In this document: in pieces, positions 39,816 to 51,130 of the stretch | How positions within the stretch are numbered: position 1 is the stretch's first letter | Layout of the letters: each line of letters opens with the position of its first letter | From: Chiloscyllium plagiosum | Lineage: Eukaryota | NCBI RefSeq assembly: GCF_004010195.1 | Contig: NC_057711.1 | Location: 75,719,579-75,783,578, forward strand | DNA: 64,000 bases | Reading direction: 5' to 3' | Made by a program: the position numbers and the translations under genes | The notes under the pieces: generated by a model | What the model saw: the letters and a program-made list of their open reading frames with translations, nothing else | What the model was told of the DNA's origin: nothing | Database searches by the model: none

Positions 39816-42800
39816 TCACAAACTATTTAAATTATCAATAATTTTAAAGGAAATTAATAAACAAAAAGAAAACTTTTTTTAAATTAGAAAAGTCATAATA
39901 TGGATAGTTCAGATCAACACAGGTTAGAGACAGACTTGGTCATTATACTTTTCAGACTTTGAAAACTGAAGACAAATTTTACAATGGCCAAAGCTTCTTC
40001 TGAAATAGATCAAATAATGCTAAAGTACTATAAAAATACAAACGTGGAAAATATTTTATTGTTTCAAATATTCAAATTTTGTATAAAATAACACCTTGAA
40101 TACCCAATAAACCCAGAAGCATGCAGAGGCATCATTAACTTTCCATGCAGATCTTTGGGTTTCCCTTTCAATGTGAATTGTCTGGTTACACAAAATGACA
40201 CTATTTACAACTGAAATGTCAAATCAGCAGTTCACAAAGAAAATGGAAGCTTAGACATTAACAGATGGAAGGAAAATAAAAGTTAAATGCTCATAACGGA
40301 GTTCAACATCTTTAACCCCAACAAGAAACTTACCCTGTCATATTCAGGATTTACTTACATGGTGCACAACAGAAATATTACCCTTTTCCTTTAACAAAAA
40401 AATTCAAGTTAGTCATAACAGGAAAGATTTTGACACAGTTCAGAAATGGGAACTACCAAAAATAGCAACAACAAACATGAATGTTCGAGGAGCAACAATA
40501 ACTCCAATGTCCAATTTTATGTCGGTGATGAAATGTGCATTGCCATCCTTCTGCCCAGAAAGTGTTAACTCAATTAACATTAAAATAAAGTCATAATGAA
40601 ACTAAGTGTCTAATGATTTAGGACTGCGAAGGCAAAAATGCCCTGGCTCAAAGATATTAACATTTTTCCCAATTGCAGAAATAGGAAGAGTATAAACAGT
40701 TTAGATTGCAGTTGTCAGAAGTTACAAAGACATACGTGCCAATAACCCTCTTCACTTGATCATACAAAACATGAACCTGGATAGTGGAGGGTGACACAGG
40801 AGCAAAAGGGTGGAGGGAAAAAAATAGTATTTTGGCAAGTAAAAACAAGAGAGATATTCCTAGAATATGAATTCCATGTGTCATATTTATGGCTGACCCC
40901 CTTGTATAACACCATTTAGTCGACTCTGAAAAATGAAAATAACTGATGTTAAATTCATTCATGCACAAACCATATAAATTTTCCAGTTTACGAATCATTT
41001 TTTGGCAAAATAACTCACTGTATGCCTGTTCTGTAAGGTTAAAATACACTTAATCAGAGATGACCTGGTTTGCTTTTGGTCTGCACTATTACATTAAGGG
41101 GACAGAATCACCTTGTAAGATACATTTTTGTTCAAATAATCTGTTTTGCAAAGTAAAATAATGAAAATTTCATTTTCTTTTAAATCTGAATTTTCTTACC
41201 CAGGTGGAAATCTTTTTTACAATCTGTTTATTAACTCACTCCAATGATATCACCAATGAAAAGCCCTTCATGAACATCAGATGGGACTATGAATGTAAAG
41301 TCCAGGTTTCAATGAAGCCTCCACTTTCATCTTTCCTGAGATAACTCAGCCATTCAAGTCATAGGAAGAATGATACATTCCCTCGTGTGAAAACAGACCA
41401 TTCAATCCATCGAGTCCACAATAACCCTATGGTGAGCATACCACCGAGACCCAATCTAAAAGTTGTTCTTGGAAATACCAGAATCATGAAACCTATGTTT
41501 TCTACGGACTCTGAAACAGTAGTTTCCCAATTAAGTAAACTACATGACAATATGGTACAAGTCTGCAAATACAGAAGTACTTTGAACATAAAGTATTCTC
41601 CCTAAGTTTCTTTCTCATCTGATATAATTCGAGTCCATAGTTATTGGAAAAATCACTGAGCAAAACAAACTCCCATTAATAGTTTAGTCATATTAATGAG
41701 TTTTGATCCCATCACCACTGGCAAGTTCAGGTAAACTTTTTCTACCTGCATCAACTAATTTTATTACTTTTACCTCATACAATAGAAGAATTTGAAATAA
41801 TATAGCTACTCAAATATTTAGCAGACCTATTATTAATGTATTAACCCTCAAAACCTAAGGCACAAACTTGCATTTTTTTTTTAAAAAGCAACACTTAATT
41901 TGCATTACAAACAAAAACAGAAATTGCTGGAGAAATTCAGCAGGTCTTGCAGCATCTGTGGAGAGAAAAGAGAGTTGGATTAATTTGTGTTACCTTAACC
42001 TCTTTTGCTCTCACATGTTATTGTCATTTCGTTGCATTTTGATCACAAAGGCTGGCTGACTGCAACAAAATCAACGTTTCACAGATAAATCACTTCAAAG
42101 GCCATTTTTTTGGTTAACAAATCAACTCAGTGGAAGCCCAACAGCATTGAAAGAGTACAAATCAGTTGTGATTCTCCAAGTTAAGACTACTGACTTCAGC
42201 TATTGTTTGCTTTTCTCCCCCATTAGCAGCTCAGAATATTCCAAATGCACAATTATACTTTGCTGCGTTATTCTGAGTAACTCATCAACAAAAATTCACA
42301 ATTCACACTTGAAGGCTGGCCATTTGGAGGAGATACTGCAGAATGCCAGTGCAGTACAAGAGGAATCACATCCAAATGTGGTCAATCCCTTAAAGTGGGA
42401 GAGGAGTAAACTGTTTTTAAAAATCACAAATTGCATATTTTAGATAAATTTGTTCACATTTATTAATAATTATTTACCCTGGGACACCCAGTTAGCTTTG
42501 TAATGTTTTCGCATGGCTATATTAGCTGTCATGAACCATTAGTCACAATTAGACTTAATCGAAATCCCATCAACAGTTTGAATTCACATTAAAACTGCAG
42601 CTTATTCCTTTGCTGGACATTTTTTGGTGCTAAAGCCGGTACCACATAAACCAATAGGAATGTCAATTTTTCAGATTATTTCAACTCTGATAAACATTCA
42701 CACATTTGTTTACAATGTTAATGAACTGCATCCTGCATATCTGATCAGCCTGGTAATTTTGAAAGCTTGTGGACCTTGAATATTCTCCTCAGCCACACTA

Positions 42801-42991
42801 TAAGAAGATTGCAGAAAATATAGCTCATTCCAACAATCAGCATTTTCAGCAAAAATTAAGGATGCCCACTGCATCTTCATTACCCTTCCCAACCCCCACC
42901 CCCAACACACCCTTTCCAGGATAACTTCTAGCCTTATTAATTATTTCAAAATATGCAAACATAATTTTGTTTACATTTTCTTATGATAATC

Positions 42992-43168
42992 TCAGATGTG
43001 CAGCTCCATCTCTATTTCTGCTGACTCATCTGGATCTTCACAATTCATTTCTTCAATTATCTTCGGCTGTCTAAAATCTTCAATCTCAGTCAAGTCAACA
43101 GGAGGCAACTGAACTCTCCAAAACTGAAAAGAGTTGTATTGACAAGAAACTTCATCCCCAGGTGCATT
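42992..43168 (-). CDS. C9orf40: C9orf40 orthologue, exon 2 (terminal)
   Basis: tttcccttctag|AAT GCA... encodes NAPGDEVSCQYNSFQFWRVQLPPVDLTEIEDF...AEIEMELHI*, matching the human C9orf40 motif QYNTFQYWRNPLPPIDLADIEDL and the AEVDME terminus. Confidence 0.9.
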   Translation of the reverse strand, partial: NAPGDEVSCQYNSFQFWRVQLPPVDLTEIEDFRQPKIIEEMNCEDPDESAEIEMELHI

Positions 43169-43239
43169 CTAGAAGGGAAATAATAAAAAAAAATTTTTAA
43201 AACAGTTTCAGTGAATGTGTATAAATCATAATTCATTCA

Positions 43240-43583
43240 AATCATAGAATCCCTACACTGTGGAAGCAGGCCATTCAGCCCACTGAGTCTACACTGACCC
43301 TCCAAAGAGCATCCTACCCATCCCTGTAACCCTGCATTTCCCACAGCTAATCCACCTAGTCTGCGCATTCCCAGACACTACAGGCACATGGTCTAACCTG
43401 GTCTAATCACCTAACCTGCACATTTTTGGGCAGTGGAAAGAAATCAGACCATCCAAAGGAATTCCACCCAGACACAGGGAAAACATGCAAACTCCATATC
43501 GATAGTCACTCAAGAGTAGATTTGAACCCAGCTCCCTGGAGCTGTAAGGCAGCAGTGCTAACCACCGAGACACTGTGCCACCC
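43240..43583 (-). mobile_element. V-SINE (HE1-related subfamily) in the C9orf40 intron
   Basis: Reverse complement has ggtggcacagtgtctcggtggttagcactgctgcc, gggttcaaatc, the V-domain and a tail. Confidence 0.8.
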
Positions 43584-44139
43584 TTGTAAGGTCAAAATTC
43601 ATTTGGAAATGTGAATATCTGTAAACTACATTAACACAGTACCTTAACCACAAAGAACTTTACAGAAGTGTTATTAAGCAAAATTTGAGAGTCAGGTAAG
43701 GAAATATTAGGACAAATCATTAAACATTTGATAACTAAGACAGATTTTAAGGGAGAGAGGGGTACATATGTTTTAGAAGGTTAATTCCAGAGTTCAACGT
43801 CTCAGCAGTTAGGTCTTGGTTGAGAAGCTTTCTTTATAATTAAGTCACAGGAGGTGGGTGTCACTGACCTGGGATTTCGGCATCTGCAGTTTTTGTGTCT
43901 CTCACTACAGTGGCCTCGCATTTCGTTTTTCAAGACTCATTCCCTCCTGCACACTTCAATGAACAAATTTGTGTCCCTTTGCTTGATGGTATTGTGAGCA
44001 TGAAGAATATTCAGGGTCATGCGGTCAGAGAAGTATCCCTCCATTTATAGTTCACAAGTAACTCATGGTCGCCCAGTGAGGAAACATGGTCTGGCTATGT
44101 TTCTTGAAAAGCTTTTGGCAGAGTATTTGCAATTCCCCT

Positions 44140-44900
44140 TACAAAAGGGGACGGGGACGGGGCATACGTTCTCTTTTTTAATAACAACTCTCTGGCTGGA
44201 TGCAGAGGTACCTAAAGACCCGCGGTGGCGTGGACAGTGCAGTGCTTGGAAGGTGTCTCTCTCTCACTCACTCACTCTCTGTGTAAGGGAATGTTTGAGT
44301 GGAGCAGCTCACAGCCGCCCCTGTGATTGCTGCCTTTACCTGGGCAGCCCCGCTCAGGCGGGAGGCGCGAGCGGGCCACTCTCCTGCACCGCCGCTCGCG
44401 CTCCCGCGGTCGCCGTCCCCGGCACCGGCCTCGTGCCGCGCTCCGACCGTGCTGCCGCCATCCGCGTGCCCGGGCCGCGCGCTCCCGGGCCTCTTGCACT
44501 CCGGCTCCTGCAGCGGCTCCTGCTGCAGCTTCCTCTTGGCGCTTGCCTGTGCACTCGGCGCCGGCGGCCTGACGCTCCGCTTGCGGTCCAGCGGCAGGGA
44601 AACGAAACGCTTGCCGGGCCGGCAACACAGGGTCTCCTCCGCTTTCCTCTTCGACATCAGCCGTTCCGAGTCTCGGGTGCCGTCCTGGTGCAGGCGCCGA
44701 GTTCAATCCCCGCCTCCTGCTGCACAAGAGCAGGCTCCGCCAGGCACCGCACAACAAATAAAACTCAACACGCGTCTTAGTACCGCCCTCCAGAGGCGGG
44801 AGGCTCAAACCGCACCACAGCAGAAAAGCAAATGTCAAAGGGTTCAAACACTGACTGAGGAAGTGGTTCGGCGTTGGTCTAGTTTTTTTTTAAAAGGACG
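44140..44900. promoter_or_regulatory. CpG island over C9orf40 exon 1 and promoter
   Basis: The only strongly GC- and CpG-rich non-repeat segment in an otherwise CpG-depleted window. GC-box-like taccgccc and aggcggg near 44780-44800. Confidence 0.85.
44340..44657 (-). CDS. C9orf40: C9orf40 orthologue, exon 1 (106 codons; full protein 164 aa)
   Basis: ATG at 44657: MSKRKAEETLCCRPGKRF...KRKL...KRP, resembling human MAKRRAAEP..PWKRL..RKRKI. Donor CAG|gtaaag is phase 0 and compatible with exon 2. Confidence 0.87.
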
Positions 44901-44911
44901 AGGTATTTTCT

Positions 44912-45010
44912 AATCAACCTGTTGAGAGATGTTATTACACACCTCGAGAGCAGGTGGGAATTGAAACAGGGCCTCCTGGCTCAGAGGTAGGGACACTACC
45001 CCTGCCACAA
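44912..45010 (-). mobile_element. Short tRNA-derived SINE head
   Basis: Minus strand tgtggcaggggtagtgtccctacctctgagccaggaggccctgtttcaattcccacc has degenerate A and B boxes. No acceptor stem. Confidence 0.55.
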
Positions 45011-45934
45011 TAAAGCGAGCTTGTGACTATAGCCTCCCTTAACTGGCTTTGCTCTGGTCCGGGTGGCTCTGCAGAAAGATCACAGGTTTGTTACATTGTA
45101 GCAGGAGGCAACTTGGCCCATCATGCCTGCACCAGTTCAATTACTTAGCATCAATCTCCTGCCTTTTCCCCAATCCACGATCACCATTTCTATTAAAATC
45201 ATCATCCCCTACTCACTTGAATGCCTCTGTTGAACCTGCTTCTATTACATTTACAAGCAGTGCATTCTATACCCTAACTACTCATTGTCTGAATAATGTT
45301 TTTTCCTCACATCACCTTTGGTTTGTTCACACATCAATTTAATTCTATGCCCTCTTTTTACAAGCAGGAATTAAATTTACTCAATCTAACCAGCTCATGA
45401 TTTTGCAAACCTCTTGTCAAATCTCCTCTGAGCCTTTTTCTGTCCAAGGACTATTGTTCCCATTTCTTTAACCTATCCTCATAACTGAAGATAATTTTCA
45501 GTACAAAGACACATCACTCCATTATCACTCATCTAGCTTTTCCTCTTTCCTGGCTTACTATCAATATCCCTTTGTCTGTCCATCATTTTTCTCCCTCTCA
45601 CTGGGCTCCGTCTCCACCTATCCACTCCCTCCCTCCCTCATCTTTAGCATAAATACCACTTTTTCCTTGCTGCTATTAGTTCTAAAGAAAGGTCACTGCA
45701 CTGGAAACTTCACACTCTTTTCACAATTTAAGAGGGTAACTATCCTCTTGGAACTGTTCTTATGAATTGATTCTGCACTTCCTCCAACGAATTATCTTTG
45801 TAAGAATGTGGTGCCCACAACTGTACACATAGTCCATCTGAGATCTAACAAGTGTCTTCTAAAGTTTGAACATCACCTTCCTCTTGTACTCCATGCATCT
45901 TTTAATAAAACCATATGTGCTCTACCTGTCCTGC

Positions 45935-46481
45935 TGAAGATCTAGACCCCTCAAGAGGGGCTTCTTGGTTCGAGATCGGTGAAAAGAATCAACAAATGTG
46001 GTCTATTCAAAAAGCAAGGGTCATTAGTTTATTGAATTAAGGTACCTTGACACAATTCTATCCAGCAACACAGAGATTGAAGCTTCTGTGTTCTGTGGTG
46101 AAGTTGTGCAACTACATTTGAAAATTATACATTATTTATATGTTTTTAAAGAAATAATAAGTCTTAATTACAAGAAAGGTCCAATCAACCGTAATAAGGT
46201 GGCATGATTGAAGACAGGCTAATCTAATGGTATTCTATGCTAAAAAATATCTTATTTATATAAATTGTCATGCCATGTACTGGTTCAAGGTTAGTTCAAA
46301 TGGTCAATTAATGTCAGTATTCAGCTTTTGAAAATTCTTATCTTTGAACTGCAACTTAATTCTGCAAATCAGCAGCATGGTTCACAGGCCATTTTTTAGT
46401 ATTCTTTTAAATCGAGAAACCATTTTGTTATAATAAAAATCTACATATTTTTGTTGCCTAAATTCAAATTTTAGATCCTCA
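45935..46481 (-). mobile_element. Solo LTR (547 bp) inserted in a decayed minus-strand CR1
   Basis: TG...CA termini, 10-bp terminal inverted repeat (tgaagatcta / tagatcctca, 9 of 10 match) and 4-bp TSD ctgc. Removing it restores the CR1-like tctacctgtcctgccaccttcaatgatct. AATAAA on the minus strand at ~46028-46033. Confidence 0.8.
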
Positions 46482-47072
46482 CTGCCACCTTCAATGATCT
46501 GTGTCTGAATATCCAAGTGCCTTTGCTTCAGCACTCCTTTTTAAATTATACCTCCTATTTACTATTATCTTCCAATAGGAGTAGAACAAAATACATAGTG
46601 GGACAACAGGAATGTGTGTCAAACACAGAGAATGCTGGAGAAACTTAGCCGGTCTGGCAGCATCTGTAGAGAGAAAAACAAAGTTCACTCATCTGCAGAA
46701 TTTCACAGCATTCACTGTGTGTCTCTTCTAATAATTGTTGGCATCATTTTATGATTTGGATTTTACTAGCTGTATCCCAAAACATTTCATTTTCTTGAGA
46801 TCATTCATTGTTTGATGAGACTGGGGCAACCCAGTATCTCCTAAAAGGAATAATTAAAACAGACATTCAAGAGACATCCTCCTGTAGTAAGTTGGACTTA
46901 CTGAATGAAACCGAGAAGCCCCTATCTGAGCTGTGAAGGCCAAGTTGACTCCATTCTTCTGAATAAAAAAAACAGGGTTCTATTTCCTTGTTGACAGTCA
47001 ATGCCTCCTGCTTGGGAAAGGAGAGGATAAAAAGACAAAGGGAACATCTGGGATAGGCTGGGAGGCAGGTGA

Positions 47073-47291
47073 AATTAGAGTGGTGCTGGAAAAGCACAGC
47101 AAATCAGGCAGCATCCAAGGAGCAGGAAAATCGACGTTTCGGGCAAAAGCCCTCCATCAGGTTCCTGATGAAGGGCTTTTGCCAAAGACGTTGATTTTCC
47201 TGCTCCTCAGATCCTTACTGACCTGCTGTGCCTTTCCAGCACCACTCTAATCTTGACTCTAATCTCCAGCATTTGCAGTACTCACCTCTGC
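47073..47291. mobile_element. Palindromic PLE mini-element with two back-to-back mutated hammerhead motifs
   Basis: Inverted arms centred at ~47162. Flanking direct repeat ctgg(g/a)aggcaggtga(a/g)atta at 47058-47077 and 47292-47311. Confidence 0.88.
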
Positions 47292-47654
47292 CTGGAAGGC
47301 AGGTGAGATTAAATGACAAAGGGATGATAATGAAAAGCAAATAGGGACAGTTATGGGAGAAGTAAAAGAAGAAAAGATAGGTCCAAGAGAGGTATTATGG
47401 GAAGGCAAAATCGTCATCAGCAGTTGCCAAACCAAAAGGGTGGAGGGGTTAGCATATGAATTTGTTAAATTTGAGATTAATTCTGCGAGATCATAAAGTG
47501 ACAATTATAGACCTCAGTTCTATTTCATTACCACCTATTTTGATTCGTCTGTCAAGTTGTTTATCTGTAATCCATTACTTGCAGAAACTTCTTCCAAATA
47601 TAAAATGGGCAGATTGAAGCCATTGTTTTCAGTCTTATCTCCAAATTATGTTCA

Positions 47655-49050
47655 AACCAAAACAGAAATTGCTGGAGAAACTCAGCAGGCCTGGCAGCAT
47701 TTGCGAATAGAGGGAGAAAATCTTGAGTGTAGTGACCATTCTTCAGAACTGATAGCAGCAATGAAAAAGTGGTATTGTACCTGATGATGGTGTGTGTGTG
47801 TGTGGAGGTGGGATGGAGGGGTGCATGGATGGGTGGAGAGGGAGCCAAGAAAGAGGGAGGAAATTGATGGGCAGACAAAGGGGTATTGATAGTAAGCCAG
47901 GAAAGAAGAGAAGCTAGATGGGTGATAGTGGAATGATGTGTAGTTGAAAACATGTTATCTGTACTGAAAATAACACATTTCAAAACAGGACCTGGATGTG
48001 AGAGTAGGTAATAGACATGGAAGGAGGTGGTCAAGCTCTAAAATTGTTAAATTCAATACTGACTCGTGAAGACTGTAGGGCAGCAAGATTGAAAATGAGG
48101 TGTTCTTCTTCCAGCTTATGTTGAGCTTCCCTGAAGCACAATAGCAGGCTGGAGCAGGACAGAAGATAGAAATTGTGGCATGGGAATACAGCTGTGTGTT
48201 GAAGGGGAGGCAACTGGAAGCCTGGGATCATTTCTACAGACAGAACGTGATATTCTACAAAGTAGTTACCCAGTCTGCATTTCATCTCCTTAATGTAGAT
48301 GAATCTACCTTGTGAACCGTGAATACAGTGGACTGATTGAGTGAAGTCCTAGTAAACTGTTGCTTCACCTGGAAGGTGTGTCTGGGGCCGTGGCTTGTGA
48401 GGAGGGAGGAGGTAAAAAGGCTCATGTCCAACTGAATGGGAAGGTGCCAAGGGCATCTGGGGAGATGTTGGAAATGGAGGATGGAACTAGGATGTTCATA
48501 AGGGAATAGACTCTGCAAAATACCGACAAGAGAGAGGAGGGGAATATGTATCTGGTGGTGGCATCCTGTAGGAGGTGGCAGAAATCATGACTTACAATCC
48601 TTTAGTTGTGGAGGTTGGTGGGGTGGAAAGTGAGGACCAAGGAGGCCTTATTGTTGTTGTGCAGGAGAAGAAGGGGTGAGATGGGAGTGCAGGTAATGGA
48701 TCAAGCATTTTTAAAGACCCTGTTAACAGTGATGGTGAGAAATCTTTGGTTGAGTTAAAATGTGGATATTTCTAAAGTCCCCCGTTGGAAGTTGACATCA
48801 TCAGAGTAAATGCAACTGAGACAGAGGAACTGGGAGAATGGAATAGAACTTTAACAGGAAGCAGTGAAAATGTATAGTCTAGGTAACTGTGGGAGTTGGT
48901 GGATTTGTAGTAGATATTGCTGACCAGTCTATCGCTTCAAATGGAAACAGACATATCAAGGAATGGCAGGGAGGAGTCAGAGATAGACCCAATGAAATTG
49001 CACTTTTTATCAATTTTGCCAATTCCAGATGAGAGAGGAAAGCAGCACTA
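47655..49050 (-). mobile_element. Decayed Penelope-like element (GIY-YIG and RT C-terminal part)
   Basis: KLEEEHLIFNL and HTFQVKQQFT remnants on the minus strand; colinear with 8098-9400. Confidence 0.8.
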
Positions 49051-50543
49051 ATGATGATGAATGTACTCTGGGTGGGGGATTTCAACATATACCCCGAAGA
49101 GAAACTCAGCAGCAGCACTACTGATTGAATTGGTCAAGTCCTAAGGGACATAGCTGCTATACTGGGTCTATGGCAGGTGGTGAGGGAACCAACTAGAAGG
49201 AAAAACATACTTGACCTCACCTTTAAATCTGCTGGCCCATGACATTATCAGTAAGAGTGACCACTGTACAGTCCTTGTGGAGACAAAGCCTCACCTTCAC
49301 ATTGAGAATACCCTCCATCGTGTTGTGTGGAAACAACACTGTGCTCAATAGATCTAGCAACTCAAGCTTGAGCATCCATGAGATGCTGTGGGCCATCAAC
49401 AGCAGCAGAATTGTACTCCAACACAATCTGTAATGAGTTTTGAGAAAATCTGTAGCTCGGGTTGAGATTCTGGATGTAGGTTTGCTTGCTGAGCTGGAGG
49501 GTTCGTTTTTCACCTTCCAGTTCAGCGAGCAAACCTACATCCACAATCTGTAACCTCTGGCCTGACAAATTACTTAGATCTGTCTATCACTTGCTGCTTA
49601 TGCTGTATGGTAGCTTCACCAAGTTGACATTTCCAAATAGCAAATCCCCATGCAACCATTATCATCAAGCCAGGGGAAAACCTTGGTTCAATGGACAGAG
49701 CAGGAAAGCATACCAGGAACAGTACCAGGCGTACCTAAAAATGAGGTATTAATTTGGTGAAGCTACCAAACAGGTCCACATGCTTGCCAAACAGCATAAG
49801 CAGCAAGTGATAGACAGATCTAAGCAATCCCACAACTAACAAATCAAATCTAAGCTCTGCAATCCTGCCACAACTAGTCCTGAAAGGTGTTGGACAATTA
49901 AACAACTCACAGGAGGAGGTGGCTTCGTAAATATCCTCAGTCTCAAAGATGGAAAAGCAATACATTAGTGCAAAAGGTATTCCTGAAGCATTTGAAACAA
50001 TCTTCAGCCAAAAGTGCAAAGTGGATGATTCACCTCTGCCTCTTCCAGTAGTTCCCAGCATCACAGATATCAGTCTTTGGCAAATTTGATTCACTCAAAT
50101 CTGATTCAAAACAAAAATCATAGGTATCAGGGGAAAGCTTTCCGCTGGTTGGAGTAATACCTGGCAGGAAGATAGTTGTGATTGTTTGATGTCAGTCATC
50201 ACAGGTCGAGGATGTCTCTGCAGGCATTCCTCAGAGTAGTGTCTGGGCCCAAACATCTTCAACTGCTTTATCAATTACCTTCTCTCCATCACAAGAGGGG
50301 TCCTTTGCCTATGAATGCACAATGTTCAGCACTATTTGCAACACGTCATACATTGAAGCAGTTCATGTTAAAATGCAAGAAAATCTGGACAATATCCATA
50401 CTCGGGCTGATAAGTGTCAAGTAATGTTCATGCCACACAAATACCAGTCAATGACCATCACCAATAGGAGGCAATATAACCACCACCTGTTGACATTTAA
50501 TGGTAATACCATCATTGAACACTTCACTATCAACATCCTTGGG

Positions 50544-51130
50544 AGATGCCGTGTTGGACTGGGGTGTACAAAGTTAAAAATCACACAACACCAGGTTATA
50601 GTCCAACAGGTTTAATTGGAAGCACACTAGCTTTCGGAGTGACGCTCCTTCATCAGGTGATTGTGGAGGGCTCAATCGTAACACAGAATTTATAGCAAAA
50701 ATTTGAAGTGTGATGTAACTGAAATTATACATTGAAGAATTGATTGTCTGTTAAGCCTTTCATCTGTTAGAATACAGTGATAATTTCACTTCTTTCATGT
50801 GTAAATCACAAAACCCTTTTTTTTAAAGTTGCATTCTTGGGTTAGCTGTTAACAATGGTGATAGCTAGACAATATGTTGAAGCTGTTAGCCCCCTGTGTT
50901 CTCTGTCTATGACCTGATGTTTAGATTGATTCCAATCTAAAAAGTGAGATAACAGAATTTTATATAAATTCATGCAGTTTTTGAGCTCAGAGTTCTACAT
51001 GAATGTATGTGGTTTTTGAGCAAAGTGCAATGTAACTCTGAAAGTACCAAAAAATTCACCCCACAAAATATATGTGTGCATATGGGTCTTTGTCTGTCTG
51101 TGTGTGTGTCTGTCTGGGGTGGGGGTTGTA
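50544..51130 (-). mobile_element. Penelope-like element 3' end/pLTR, distinct family; partial second copy at 51829-51892
   Basis: caaagttaaaaatcacacaacaccaggttatagtccaacagg... occurs at 50569 and 51829. Contains a hammerhead motif. Confidence 0.8.
50625..50659 (-). ncRNA. Minimal type I hammerhead ribozyme motif, core intact
   Basis: CAC-CUGAUGA-A-GGAG(CGUCA)CUCC-GAAA-GCUA-GUG. Stem I CAC/GUG, stem II GGAG/CUCC, palindromic helix III AGCU, CUA triplet. Confidence 0.78.

Noticed and set aside
44019..44913. Long plus-strand ORFs (253 and 204 aa) and a 191-aa alternative minus-frame ORF over the CpG island
   Set aside because: Stop-poor GC-rich shadows of C9orf40 exon 1 with no recognisable domain. 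The minus ORF starts at TTG.
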